Shown here one piece after another: positions 51,385 to 61,273 of a DNA stretch of 64,000 nucleotides (within the stretch, counting starts at the first letter, position 1; each line of letters begins with the position of its first letter). The stretch lies in the sequence record PX915678.1; one strand, given 5' to 3'. Made by a program: the position numbers and the translations under genes. The notes under the pieces were generated by a model that was not told the DNA's origin, made no database searches, and was given only the letters and a program-made list of their open reading frames with translations. This DNA is from a phage.

Positions 51385-51414
51385 ATAATACCACAGTTTG
51401 AACTTGTTGTAAAC
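51385..51414 (-). promoter_or_regulatory. Early promoter
   Basis: GTTTAC (51409..51414), 18 nt, TATTAT (51385..51390). Confidence 0.5.
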
Positions 51415-51495
51415 AACTTTGTGAAAATTATTTTAGGGAACGATAAGAAGGGAACGATAGCTTAGAATGGTAATATACAGAATGTGAGAAAGAAA

Positions 51496-51509
51496 GGCCC
51501 AGAGGGCCC
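51496..51509 (-). other. GC hairpin after nrdH
   Basis: GGCCC-AGAG-GGGCC just below nrdH stop. Confidence 0.4.
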
Positions 51510-51512
51510 GTC

Positions 51513-51821
51513 TTAATCTTCTATGATATCTCTATCATATCCAAGTGAAATGAGAGTTTCTTTGAAGTGTTTAATATTCTTTTGTCTAGAATCATTGATG
51601 AAAATGACTGGATAACGAATGTTAAGAGATGTGAATCCAGCGCGTTTAGCAAGAGATACAATCAGTGGACGATCATACTCAATCTTACCATTATTTGTAA
51701 GAACTTTATAGAAAGTAAAAGGAGCATTGAGCTCCTTTAGAAGTTTTGTAACTGATTGACATCCAGGACAACGACCTACTTCATCTGGAATTCCATAGAC
51801 TTCAATCTTGTTCTGTTTCAC
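51513..51821 (-). CDS. nrdH: Glutaredoxin-like protein NrdH
   Basis: 102 aa as in T4 NrdH; CPGC redox motif; apparent GTG start with AAGGA SD. Confidence 0.75.
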   Translation of the reverse strand: MKQNKIEVYGIPDEVGRCPGCQSVTKLLKELNAPFTFYKVLTNNGKIEYDRPLIVSLAKRAGFTSLNIRYPVIFINDSRQKNIKHFKETLISLGYDRDIIED

Positions 51822-51823
51822 AA

Positions 51824-52036
51824 CTATTCCTTACTAAGAGCAGAATTCAGCTTATTAGTAATTTTATCCAGACGCTCATTGAACTCGCTAGAAGACAGTC
51901 CTTTTTCTGGAGAAATCAAACTAATCACGAAAAATATAGCAATAAAAGGAATAAGGAAAATAGCTCCAACTGCCATAAACAGAAAGAATGTTACAGTTGT
52001 AAGAAAATCAGCTAAACCTTTGCGAAATTTATACAT
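51824..52036 (-). CDS. Small membrane protein (70 aa)
   Basis: ATG with AAGGGT SD; one TM helix. Confidence 0.5.
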   Translation of the reverse strand: MYKFRKGLADFLTTVTFFLFMAVGAIFLIPFIAIFFVISLISPEKGLSSSEFNERLDKITNKLNSALSKE

Positions 52037-52151
52037 ATTTTACCCTTAATTGATTAACCAAGCATTGATAAGCACTAAACTATATTGCGAATAAAATTCT
52101 GGACCAAAATGAAAAATCATATCATTTATAGTGTCCATAATATAATTCAAT

Positions 52152-52622
52152 TTAATCATGTTTCCACACCCCATCGGTATTTGACCAAAGTCGCTGATTA
52201 TCTGATCCTCGCCACAGCTTTTTAGTCGGAAGATTTTTCTCATACTTCCCATCAATAATAACATCAACATATTTAAGCATTTCTAGTTGTTTAATATCTT
52301 CAAATTTATATCCTGTCCACAACCAAATGCTTTTATTTGGATAAAGATTTTTTACTGTTTGAACAATGCAATGAACAACATCTCGGTTATCAGGATAGAG
52401 AGGGTCTCCTCCAGTTATAGTTAATCCTTCTATATAATCATTATTCAAACATTCAATTAATTGTTCCAGCGTTTCACCAGTGAATGGAACACCGTTTCTA
52501 GCATTCCATGTTGATTTATTATAACATCCTTCGCATTTATGCAAACAACCTGTAACGAAAAGAACGACCCTGCATCCAGGGCCATTCACAAAATCACAGG
52601 GATAAAATCTATCATAATTCAT
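52152..52622 (-). CDS. nrdG: Anaerobic ribonucleotide reductase activating protein NrdG (radical SAM)
   Basis: 156 aa as in T4 NrdG; CxxxCxxC motif CLHKCEGC; ATGA overlap with nrdD stop. Confidence 0.85.
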   Translation of the reverse strand: MNYDRFYPCDFVNGPGCRVVLFVTGCLHKCEGCYNKSTWNARNGVPFTGETLEQLIECLNNDYIEGLTITGGDPLYPDNRDVVHCIVQTVKNLYPNKSIWLWTGYKFEDIKQLEMLKYVDVIIDGKYEKNLPTKKLWRGSDNQRLWSNTDGVWKHD

Positions 52623-54436
52623 TGGTGTTTAACCCTATGCATGATTTCTTTATTTTTGCCGAGATTAAATCCGCGTTCATTCGGATTTCCCAAATAACCA
52701 CAAGTTCTTCTTATTGTGTTCATCTTTTTAGGATCAGTTTCTCCACAAATAGAACAAACAAACCCGTTTTCAGTAGGAGTCATTTCATGGGTACTTCCAC
52801 ACGTAAAACATTTATCTACTGGCATGTTAACACCAAAATAATCTAAATGTTGTGCAGCATAATCCCATACAGCCTCAAGACCTTTTAGGTTATTTTTCAT
52901 ATCAGGAAGTTCAACATAAGAAATGTGACCACCTGTCGCAATGAAATGATATGGAGCTTCGCGAGAAATCTTTTCAAACGGAGTAATATTTTCTTCTACT
53001 GAAACATGGAAACTATTAGTGTACCAGCCTTTATCAGTAACATCTTTTACACTTCCATATTTTTCAGTATCAAGTTTACAGAAGCGATAACAAAGGTTTT
53101 CAGCAGGAGTAGAATACAAGCTAAAAGCAAAACCGGTTCTTTCAGTCCACTGCTTAAGACGAGCATTCATTTTAGTTAAAATTTCCTGTCCAATATCACG
53201 ACCGACAAGAATATTCAATTCGTGAATACCAATGTATCCTAGGGACACTGAACTTCTACCGTTTTTAAATAACTCAATTATGTCGTCATCAGGTTTAAGA
53301 CGAACCCCGAATGCACCTTCTTGGTAAAGAATAGGAGCAACAGTCGCTTTAACTCCTTTTAAGGAACTAATTCTACACATTAAAGCTTCAAAACATAAAT
53401 CCATTCGCTCATTGAACAATTCGGCAAATTTCTGTTCATTGAATTGTGTTCCAATATAAGAATCTAACGCAATACGAGGAAGATTCAGTGTTACAACACC
53501 AAGATTATTACGTCCATCAAGAATTTCATTACCAGTCGAATCTTTCCATACGCTTAAGAAACTACGGCAACCCATTGGAGAAACAGGAATAGATGAACCA
53601 GTGATAGCTTTATTGTTCTTAGCTGAAATAATATCAGGATACATTCTTTTGCTTGCACACTCTAGAGCAAGCTGCTTAATATCATAGTTCGGATCATCTT
53701 TATAAAGATTAACACCTTCTTCAACGAACATAACAAGCTTAGGGAAAATAGGAGTTATCCCATCGCGACCAAGACCTTTAATACGATTTTTCAGAATTGC
53801 TTTCTGAATCATTCGTTCAGTCCAGTCAGTTCCCGTACCAAATGTAATTGTTACAAAAGGCGTTTGTCCGTTTGAACTAAAAAGAGTATTTAGTTCATAT
53901 TCATAAGCTTGGAATGCATCGTATACGTCTTTTTCTGTTTTAGATTGGGCATAATTCAACGCATCAGCGATTTGCCATTTTTCTGCATCCTCAATATGTT
54001 TTGCATAGGTGCGTTTAACATAAGGAGAAAGTACTTTATCTACATTCGCAAAAGTCGTTCCGCCATATTGATGGGAAGCAACCTGTGCAGTAATTTGTGC
54101 CATAATTGCAGTAGCAACGCCGATTGATTTAGGAGTTTCAATCTGTGCATTGCCGAGCTTAAATCCGTTTTCAAGCATTCCTTTTAAATCTACTAAACAA
54201 CAATTAGTAAATGGAAGAGCAGGGGAATAATCAATATCGTGGAAATGGATAATTCCGCTTTCATGCGCTTTCATAATAAAAGACGGGACCATATTTTTGG
54301 CAATGTGTTTAGACACAATACCAGCCATAAGGTCCCGTTGAGTTGGAAAAACACGAGAATCTTTATTAGCATTCTCGTTTAAAAGGTCTTTATTAGTTTT
54401 ATGAATCAATCCTTCAATTTCTTTTTCAATTGTCAT
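52619..54436 (-). CDS. nrdD: Anaerobic ribonucleoside-triphosphate reductase NrdD, intron-less
   Basis: 605-aa continuous ORF; C-terminal glycyl-radical and zinc-ribbon region (CGYLGNP; CxxC pairs). Confidence 0.9.
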   Translation of the reverse strand: MTIEKEIEGLIHKTNKDLLNENANKDSRVFPTQRDLMAGIVSKHIAKNMVPSFIMKAHESGIIHFHDIDYSPALPFTNCCLVDLKGMLENGFKLGNAQIETPKSIGVATAIMAQITAQVASHQYGGTTFANVDKVLSPYVKRTYAKHIEDAEKWQIADALNYAQSKTEKDVYDAFQAYEYELNTLFSSNGQTPFVTITFGTGTDWTERMIQKAILKNRIKGLGRDGITPIFPKLVMFVEEGVNLYKDDPNYDIKQLALECASKRMYPDIISAKNNKAITGSSIPVSPMGCRSFLSVWKDSTGNEILDGRNNLGVVTLNLPRIALDSYIGTQFNEQKFAELFNERMDLCFEALMCRISSLKGVKATVAPILYQEGAFGVRLKPDDDIIELFKNGRSSVSLGYIGIHELNILVGRDIGQEILTKMNARLKQWTERTGFAFSLYSTPAENLCYRFCKLDTEKYGSVKDVTDKGWYTNSFHVSVEENITPFEKISREAPYHFIATGGHISYVELPDMKNNLKGLEAVWDYAAQHLDYFGVNMPVDKCFTCGSTHEMTPTENGFVCSICGETDPKKMNTIRRTCGYLGNPNERGFNLGKNKEIMHRVKHQ

Positions 54437-54906
54437 TTTAAACTCTTTCTAAGCTGCTTCTTAAATGAAGCTATTAATTGTGTTTTGGTGTCAGATTCAT
54501 TATATTCAAATCCTCTTTGAAGCATCTCAGCCATCATTTCCTCTTTTCCTAAACGAGAAAATTCCTTTGATTTATCTCCAACGAAGTTAGGGTGAATATT
54601 ATTTTGGGTGTAATCGGATTTTAAATAAGTAAGTAAATTTTCTAGCCATTCAAGATAATCAACACCTTGTCCCTTTAAGCCAGAACGATTAAATTTGTGT
54701 TTCATTTGACCTTCCGCAGCATTGCAGAGATTACAGAGCAATCCACGTACCTTTCCTGCTTTTGGTCCATTTAATTCATGGTCATGGTCGAGGTGATTAG
54801 CTTGAACATCAGGATTTAGTTCTCGTTGGCAAATTAAGCATTTACCGTTTTGTGCATTATAAAATTTTTGTTTTTCTTCTTTGTATAATTTGCCAGTCAA
54901 TAACAT
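54433..54906 (-). CDS. 49: Endonuclease VII gp49 (Holliday junction resolvase)
   Basis: 157 aa; MLLTGKLYKEEKQKFY...HDHE matches T4 EndoVII as recalled. Confidence 0.9.
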   Translation of the reverse strand: MLLTGKLYKEEKQKFYNAQNGKCLICQRELNPDVQANHLDHDHELNGPKAGKVRGLLCNLCNAAEGQMKHKFNRSGLKGQGVDYLEWLENLLTYLKSDYTQNNIHPNFVGDKSKEFSRLGKEEMMAEMLQRGFEYNESDTKTQLIASFKKQLRKSLK

Positions 54907-55124
54907 AATAAAACCCTTACCTTGAATAGATAAGGGTATTTATTATTTTCAAGTATTGTAAAACATTCGATGCAATCGCTTATATTGCCGAATCATCTTT
55001 TTAGTAGGTCGAACATAAGTTCCTACACAAGTGGTCATATTAGAGTCGGTAGGACTTCCTTTAATAAAAAGTTTCCAAACCTTACCACCATTTAACTTTT
55101 CAGTATAAATTAATTCGGTTTTCA

Positions 55125-55589
55125 TTAAAACGCTCGGTCAGAAAAAGAATTTTGAGTTTCAAGCCATTCAATATATTCTGCCGCAGCTTGCATTAAATTT
55201 CCTTCATAACCATCGTTATTTTCTTGTGCAGCTAATTTAGCTAATGCGTATGAAATACGTTCACCTTGAAAAGCGGCTTCAGGTTTCCGAATAACTTGAC
55301 TAGTTCGTTCTACAACTTCTTCAATTTCGCCATTTTCTACTGATTCAGTATTCCACAAGCACCAATACGTAATTGGCTTATCGTAAATGTTAATAATCTT
55401 TCCATCAGAAAGTTCAATTTCAATAATTCCAGTATCAGGTTCTATATCATCTTCGCATTCTTTTGTAAGTTCACGAACTTTAAAGACAGTACCTGCACTA
55501 AGTTCCGGCCAATAATTACACAGCCCTTTATCAGCACGATTAATTCTAAACCACTTATCTACTGTAATCATGTCCCATCTCCATATCAA
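55125..55589 (-). CDS. Hypothetical protein (154 aa) in the position of T4 pin
   Basis: Track ORF; acidic; identity with pin not verified. Confidence 0.55.
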   Translation of the reverse strand: MIWRWDMITVDKWFRINRADKGLCNYWPELSAGTVFKVRELTKECEDDIEPDTGIIEIELSDGKIINIYDKPITYWCLWNTESVENGEIEEVVERTSQVIRKPEAAFQGERISYALAKLAAQENNDGYEGNLMQAAAEYIEWLETQNSFSDRAF

Positions 55590-55694
55590 TTAAGTCATTT
55601 ATCGTTGGTTCATTATATACTGTTTCTTCATCAGTGTAAACCGGTTCTTCCGGCTCTGGCTCTACTGTTTCCCATCTAGCCGCCCACCAAGGTT

Positions 55695-56015
55695 TTATAG
55701 CGTAATCCATTCTCGTACTGTCTGAGTTACTACACGTTCACGGGGCTCGACTAGTTCAACAGTCGGAACTGCATAATACCAGTCAGAATGGTAAGAACCT
55801 GAGCGAGTTTCATTTACAGACACATGAACGTTATGTTTTGGACTAAAATAAATGCACTGACGATATTGGCATTTACCATCTTGCACCCAGTCTTCTATTT
55901 CGATAGGTTTAAGATAATCCGAAAAATCGAAATCATAATTTTCTGAAAATGCATCATGGTCTTCGATGATTTCACTCAGAACTGCATCAACATCTAATTT
56001 ATTTTCAATAGTCAT
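55695..56015 (-). CDS. Hypothetical protein (106 aa)
   Basis: Track ORF. Confidence 0.5.
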   Translation of the reverse strand: MTIENKLDVDAVLSEIIEDHDAFSENYDFDFSDYLKPIEIEDWVQDGKCQYRQCIYFSPKHNVHVSVNETRSGSYHSDWYYAVPTVELVEPRERVVTQTVREWITL

Positions 56016-56025
56016 TTTTCACCAA

Positions 56026-56235
56026 TTAATTTCGCAATTTATTAAGTTCTTCATAATCAATCCAGGATTCTAGTCCTGATGGCAAATCAGATTCAATTTC
56101 CCAAAGAAGTTCTTCAATTTTCTGAAGACGATCTAATTCTTCAGCAGGAATAGTAACCATTGACGGAGTTCTTGATGCACTAATATCGTAAATCATATTT
56201 ATCCCAATTTGACCATACAATCGCCATATTTCCAT
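56026..56235 (-). CDS. Hypothetical protein (69 aa)
   Basis: Track ORF. Confidence 0.5.
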   Translation of the reverse strand: MEIWRLYGQIGINMIYDISASRTPSMVTIPAEELDRLQKIEELLWEIESDLPSGLESWIDYEELNKLRN

Positions 56236-56414
56236 TTAGAAATAGACTTTTCACCATTAGAATAATAAACTTCAAGTTTAGCACGGTTATTTTTAATTTG
56301 AATAACCTTGGCTGTCATCAAAGTTCCATACCCATAGTAAACTGCAACTTCATCACCTACATATACCGCGCTTCCGCGGTAGTCATGGATATAATCAGTT
56401 CCTTCGAGCATCAT
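56199..56414 (-). CDS. Hypothetical protein (71 aa)
   Basis: Track ORF; ATGA overlap with nrdC stop. Confidence 0.5.
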   Translation of the reverse strand: MMLEGTDYIHDYRGSAVYVGDEVAVYYGYGTLMTAKVIQIKNNRAKLEVYYSNGEKSISKWKYGDCMVKLG

Positions 56415-56674
56415 TTAAAGTATTCCCGCAATTGGTCAAATCCGCCAATATGACTTCCACCAGGAGCAAATACTTGTGGCATCGTCAGTCCAATTTGAGT
56501 ATCACGACCTAGTTTCGTTAGAAGCTCAGCGATTTTCTCATCATCAAAAACACCTTTTTCCGGCATAATGTTGATAAATTCAAATGGCTGTTTCTTTACA
56601 GTCAAAAGACGTTTTGCATTATCGCAATACACACATTTATGGATGTTGCTATCATAACCATATACTTTAAACAT
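56411..56674 (-). CDS. nrdC: Thioredoxin/glutaredoxin NrdC
   Basis: 87 aa as in T4 thioredoxin; active site CVYC. Confidence 0.85.
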   Translation of the reverse strand: MFKVYGYDSNIHKCVYCDNAKRLLTVKKQPFEFINIMPEKGVFDDEKIAELLTKLGRDTQIGLTMPQVFAPGGSHIGGFDQLREYFK

Positions 56675-56675
56675 A

Positions 56676-56918
56676 TTATTCCTTAATTCCTAGTACTTGT
56701 TTAAAAGTCTCATCGTAATCAAGACTTTGGCCCGTTTGCTCTTTATGTTTGTATATAATATCACTTACTTCTGATAGCATATTTTTATATGAACGAGTTA
56801 AAGCAGATTTAAGCACGCTGTATCTATCAGGAAATTTACCATGTTCATTATAATACGCTATTGCTAATTCGCGGACTGCCTTTTCAGCAATCTCCATATA
56901 TTCTTTACGCTTTGTCAT
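56676..56918 (-). CDS. Hypothetical protein (80 aa)
   Basis: Track ORF. Confidence 0.5.
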   Translation of the reverse strand: MTKRKEYMEIAEKAVRELAIAYYNEHGKFPDRYSVLKSALTRSYKNMLSEVSDIIYKHKEQTGQSLDYDETFKQVLGIKE

Positions 56919-56920
56919 TT

Positions 56921-57310
56921 TTAATCCAAAATATTATTAGGCATTGGTTGAACACTCGCAAGTTCTTTAAAGAACTCAGTAGAGTCAGGTAATTTAACCA
57001 TTTCCGGAGCATGCTTGCTAAATTTGTGTTTACAATGACGGCATTTATATTCAAGTTCCGGTTTACGCCAGTTAATCAATTGAACCTGTTCAGTACCGCA
57101 TTCAGGACAATTAGGAACATTTTTAGAAGCCCTTTCGCGACGTTCAACCATAGCTATAATAGCATCCCAGGCTGGAGGTTTAAAGTCTAAATCATCACAA
57201 CCATGAATCTTTCCACGCATTTCTAAATCGTCTTCTTCACCAGCCATAATAATTTTAATTAGACTGGAATTACTTGAAGCTGCAATATCTTCTAATAGAC
57301 GCTTTTTCAT
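56921..57310 (-). CDS. Zinc-finger protein (129 aa)
   Basis: Track ORF with CPECG...CRHC pair. Confidence 0.55.
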   Translation of the reverse strand: MKKRLLEDIAASSNSSLIKIIMAGEEDDLEMRGKIHGCDDLDFKPPAWDAIIAMVERRERASKNVPNCPECGTEQVQLINWRKPELEYKCRHCKHKFSKHAPEMVKLPDSTEFFKELASVQPMPNNILD

Positions 57311-58233
57311 TTCAGTACCTCAATAGCATCACGTAAACCATTTGCTTTGGCGGTTAAAGCCTTAAGAACTTTAGTATGCTCTTCAATCTGTTTTTCAACT
57401 TCAATCAAACGGGCACTGAGATATTCGCGTTCTTCTTTCATAGTATCATTCCCATGATTGGGCTTTGGTGCAGATTTAAATTTACTAGGGTCCTTTAACT
57501 TAATAACAACTTTAGTTTCAAACAGTGAAAGACCATAATTCGTATTATCATCAAAGGATTCAACTACGTCCATTTTAGACAATAACGTACGAAGATTATA
57601 AGTCAAAGAACGAATCGTTTTATTATGTTTATTAGCTTCACGCGGTTTCATATATGGAAGATTTTTATATATTTCATGCGGAGCACAAACAATAATTGAC
57701 AATTCAAATGGTCCATTCTGTGATGATGGAATGAATTTAGCCGTAACCCAATCTTTTACATTTACATTAATAGTACGGTCATCGCCATGACAAAACAGTC
57801 TACGAGAATGCTTAAAAAGCATATTCACATTATTATTAAATTCGTGTGAAAACTCACTAGCAAATTTTTCTTTACTATTTTTAGAAAACCATTCTTCTAA
57901 ATAAGTTCTTTTCACGTCATTAATAATATTAAATGTAACAACATTAGCATTTGATACATTAGTCTCAATGTAGCTTGGATACATAAATTTTTTAACATTA
58001 TTAACAGCTATCACAGAAGATAGTAATCGGGAACGTTTGAACCACTCTAGCAAAGAACCAAGAGAATGTGAATATGCATTTTGTGTATCTTTACAAATAT
58101 GGTTTTCCCATCCAATATAGTCTAAAAAATCACGAAGAATATTATTGATTACTGCTCTGTGTCCGATCTGATAATTACGGTGTTTAGTAATAAGACTGTC
58201 AAAATAATCAATATAATGTTTACGAGTTTTCAT
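57307..58233 (-). CDS. Hypothetical protein A with C-terminal coiled coil (308 aa)
   Basis: Track ORF; C-terminus [42 protein letters not shown]. Confidence 0.6.
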   Translation of the reverse strand: MKTRKHYIDYFDSLITKHRNYQIGHRAVINNILRDFLDYIGWENHICKDTQNAYSHSLGSLLEWFKRSRLLSSVIAVNNVKKFMYPSYIETNVSNANVVTFNIINDVKRTYLEEWFSKNSKEKFASEFSHEFNNNVNMLFKHSRRLFCHGDDRTINVNVKDWVTAKFIPSSQNGPFELSIIVCAPHEIYKNLPYMKPREANKHNKTIRSLTYNLRTLLSKMDVVESFDDNTNYGLSLFETKVVIKLKDPSKFKSAPKPNHGNDTMKEEREYLSARLIEVEKQIEEHTKVLKALTAKANGLRDAIEVLK

Positions 58234-58285
58234 GTTCTTCTCACTTGGTTAATGATTTATGCTCCGAGCCATCCTTGGCTTTAAA

Positions 58286-59287
58286 TTACTTAATTAACTG
58301 TAAAGCTTGTTCAAGACGATCCAGGCGATTAACAGATTCTTCCCAAATCCTTTTAGCCTGCTCATATTCTTTCTGCGCTTTATTAGAAATTTCTAGAACT
58401 TCTTTATAAGCCTTTTCTAGTGCAATAACTTCTGGACGAATTTCTACAGGTTCAGGCGAATCATCAAGATTATCCATTAGTTCCTCAAGTGTAATTTCTT
58501 CTTTAGGAGTATTCACAATTTCATCACATTTTTGTTGGTAAATTTCTTTATCAGTCGGTGAGTACGCACATTTCACTTCACGAAGACTAACTACAATTTT
58601 ATATCCTTCCCAACCGCATATATTCTTAAAAGGATACGTATGAATATTTTCTACTGTTTCCATACAAAGTAATGCGGTTTCTAATTGACGAGTTATAGTG
58701 CTAGCAATTGAGAAAAATTTATTAATGTTCTTTTGGTTAGTTTCTGGTGTAAAAAATCCATAATTCACAAAAATAGATACTTTATTTTTATCAAGTTCAT
58801 ATTCTTTTATGATAATCATATCAGAAGCCAAAGGATGAATTTGACGATAATCGCCATAACATAATTTAGAAGCTGATTTTAGAATCTGTCCTTTGAAAAG
58901 TCTGAAATTACTAATCCAACGACGAGTAAAAATATTCTCAGGGTCTTCTTTATTATTAAGATGATAAGAATTAACATCACCGAACCAATTATATCCTACT
59001 ACATCTTTGGTTCGTTTAATTTCTTTCCCAAAATTACCAAGAATATCCCGATTAACCAAATATGAAAGAAGACGAGACTCTTTAAAGGTTTTCTTGATAA
59101 CATCTTTATCTACACGGCTAGAAATTTTACGAATTTCATGAATAAATTTAACAGAAGAAACAATACTTGCGTCAACACTATTGAGCCATTGATTGATAAT
59201 AGAAATAACGCTATTTTGACCAAACATCGGTATAGCTTTATCATCAATAACACTATTGAATGATTTGATATATTCGTTACGAGTCAT
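58286..59287 (-). CDS. Hypothetical protein B with C-terminal coiled coil (333 aa)
   Basis: ATG at 59285..59287 with GAGGAG SD (track start 59317 lies in the promoter); motif QILKSASKL. Confidence 0.6.
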   Translation of the reverse strand: MTRNEYIKSFNSVIDDKAIPMFGQNSVISIINQWLNSVDASIVSSVKFIHEIRKISSRVDKDVIKKTFKESRLLSYLVNRDILGNFGKEIKRTKDVVGYNWFGDVNSYHLNNKEDPENIFTRRWISNFRLFKGQILKSASKLCYGDYRQIHPLASDMIIIKEYELDKNKVSIFVNYGFFTPETNQKNINKFFSIASTITRQLETALLCMETVENIHTYPFKNICGWEGYKIVVSLREVKCAYSPTDKEIYQQKCDEIVNTPKEEITLEELMDNLDDSPEPVEIRPEVIALEKAYKEVLEISNKAQKEYEQAKRIWEESVNRLDRLEQALQLIK

Positions 59288-59315
59288 ATTAATCTCCTCA
59301 GTAGAAAGTAAGAAC

Positions 59316-59345
59316 ATTATACCACATCCTTGTGGCGAAGTAAAC
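59316..59345 (-). promoter_or_regulatory. Early promoter inside the coiled-coil gene array
   Basis: GTTTAC (59340..59345), 18 nt, TATAAT (59316..59321); spacer inverted repeat ACCACA-TCCT-TGTGG. Confidence 0.5.
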
Positions 59346-60367
59346 TAGTTTAGTGCATTTAATGCATTGTTCAGTTTAGAACGTTGCTTCGTAAGATTTT
59401 TGACTTTTTCTTGAGCTTTTTCTAGTATCTTTTCAGCTTCTAGCACTTCATTAGTTGCTTTAACGAGTTCATCATCTACTGCCTTGATAGACTTCTCAAT
59501 CGCATCTGCATGCCATTTTTCAACAGGTTTAAGACTCGGATTTTCAACAGGAAGAAAATTCACTTTATTGAATTTCCATGAATCCTTATTACCTGAGCTA
59601 TACATCCAAAATTTAGGATCGTTTGATGAGTAATTGGATAAATTTAATTTATCTTGCACTTCTTGCTTTTTCTCTTGCGGGACTTCGTCCTTTCTCAAAA
59701 AATCGTATTTAAATGAAACGATCATATCAAGTTCATATGTTGTTGTGTCTAATTTAAATCGCTCAAAACGAGGTAAAATCTTAGACTGAACACTAGCAAC
59801 AACATCCATATACTTAAATGCTTCTGTCAACTGTGATTTAAGGCATTCACAAATTGAAAGAGAATTTTTTGTGTTAGGTTTAAAGCTAATTCGTGCAGTT
59901 CTATTATTTTCTTTTAATGGTCTTACTTCCATCTGAAGAGTATAACCATCAAATTTCAGATTCTTTAAGTTAATATCAGAACCTTTTAATCGACTCGCAG
60001 TTGATAAAATTTGCTTTAATTGTTTACGGAATAGAGCAATAAATCTCCATTCAATACGATAATGATTTGGATTGAAAAATCCAGATGATAAATCGACCTT
60101 ACTTTGACCAACGCCTTGAACAAATAAAGGATTTTTATAATCAATAGTTTTACAGAAATCGGTGAGCTGCTCACGGGCCGTCATTTGTGTAATATATCCT
60201 GCTTTACTAAAATTACGCACCCATTCACTGCTATTCGTATACTTAAAGTGATGAATAACACGATTAACTTTATCAGGGTCTAAATTATTTTCACACAAAA
60301 ATGTCATAACATCACGAGTATAGCTGGCATTACGAACCATATCTTCAATTTGAGAACGAGTTTTCAT
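59345..60367 (-). CDS. Hypothetical protein C with C-terminal coiled coil (340 aa)
   Basis: Track ORF; motif QILSTASRL; Lys/Glu-rich C-terminal heptads. Confidence 0.6.
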   Translation of the reverse strand: MKTRSQIEDMVRNASYTRDVMTFLCENNLDPDKVNRVIHHFKYTNSSEWVRNFSKAGYITQMTAREQLTDFCKTIDYKNPLFVQGVGQSKVDLSSGFFNPNHYRIEWRFIALFRKQLKQILSTASRLKGSDINLKNLKFDGYTLQMEVRPLKENNRTARISFKPNTKNSLSICECLKSQLTEAFKYMDVVASVQSKILPRFERFKLDTTTYELDMIVSFKYDFLRKDEVPQEKKQEVQDKLNLSNYSSNDPKFWMYSSGNKDSWKFNKVNFLPVENPSLKPVEKWHADAIEKSIKAVDDELVKATNEVLEAEKILEKAQEKVKNLTKQRSKLNNALNALN

Positions 60368-60375
60368 GGTGTTCC

Positions 60376-61266
60376 TTAAGATTTAAGTAAATCAACAATT
60401 TTAATTAACTTTTCACGCTCAGATTTAGCTTTACTATTCAGTCCAGATAGTCTGAAAATTTCATCATCATATTGTTGAATAGAAATATTCAGCTCTTCAA
60501 TCTGTTTATTAAAATAATCAATTTGTTCAAAATGTTTTTCGTTACTATGAACTGGTACAGGTTTTGTAGGCAATGTAGTTGAACTGGATTCATCCGGGCG
60601 ATAAATTAAAATACAACTTGAACCAATAGGGCATTTTGCATCAGATGAATATTCTAATGTTCCAGCTTCTTTTAAAACTTCAAAAGCTAAACAGAGATGA
60701 TGACCCATATTGACATAATCTGTAGAGTGAGCTCTGATATAATAATCATCGCCACGAGTACTAAATTTAAAGCATTTAAGGTCTTCTGTATTATTGGTCT
60801 TAAAAATCATTTGTTTATCTAGACCTTTAGCTAATCGAGCGCCTAATGCTAATAATCGTCTTTGATTTTCCCACAAATCCGCAATCATTTGATCGAATGA
60901 TAATTTTGGCATTAGTCGACCATAAAGGTCATATCCTTTATTATAATTACGAAGGATTTCACTCGCGTTAATACGAGACAATGCTCCAATTTTATTAAGG
61001 GCTTTCATAATGCGATTAGATAAACTCATTCCAGACCCATTTGTTCGCTGCAAATGTTTTTCTAATCCAAATCCAATATCAACTTTAAACTTATCTAAAA
61101 TTTCTGCATGAACATCTCTGTCAATAACATTCAAATCCAAAGTTGGGTTAAATCTATGAAAAAATTTATCCGGCTCTCCACGGCGAAATACAGTCCATTC
61201 ATTCATCATTTTTTTATTAACTAAAGATTTAATTACTGCATTGACATTATTAATTACTACTGACAT
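60376..61266 (-). CDS. Hypothetical protein D with C-terminal coiled coil (296 aa)
   Basis: ATG at 61264..61266 with GAGGA SD (track start is TTG); C-terminus IEELNISIQQYDDEIFRL...KLIKIVDLLKS. Confidence 0.6.
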   Translation of the reverse strand: MSVVINNVNAVIKSLVNKKMMNEWTVFRRGEPDKFFHRFNPTLDLNVIDRDVHAEILDKFKVDIGFGLEKHLQRTNGSGMSLSNRIMKALNKIGALSRINASEILRNYNKGYDLYGRLMPKLSFDQMIADLWENQRRLLALGARLAKGLDKQMIFKTNNTEDLKCFKFSTRGDDYYIRAHSTDYVNMGHHLCLAFEVLKEAGTLEYSSDAKCPIGSSCILIYRPDESSSTTLPTKPVPVHSNEKHFEQIDYFNKQIEELNISIQQYDDEIFRLSGLNSKAKSEREKLIKIVDLLKS

Positions 61267-61273
61267 ATTTTCC

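Noticed and set aside
52046-52270. 74-aa minus-strand track ORF overlapping nrdG
   Set aside because: Out-of-frame overlap with the well-supported nrdG ORF and no SD.
52619-54436. Group I intron with homing endonuclease in nrdD
   Set aside because: The ORF is continuous at 605 aa with no internal stop or non-coding insertion.
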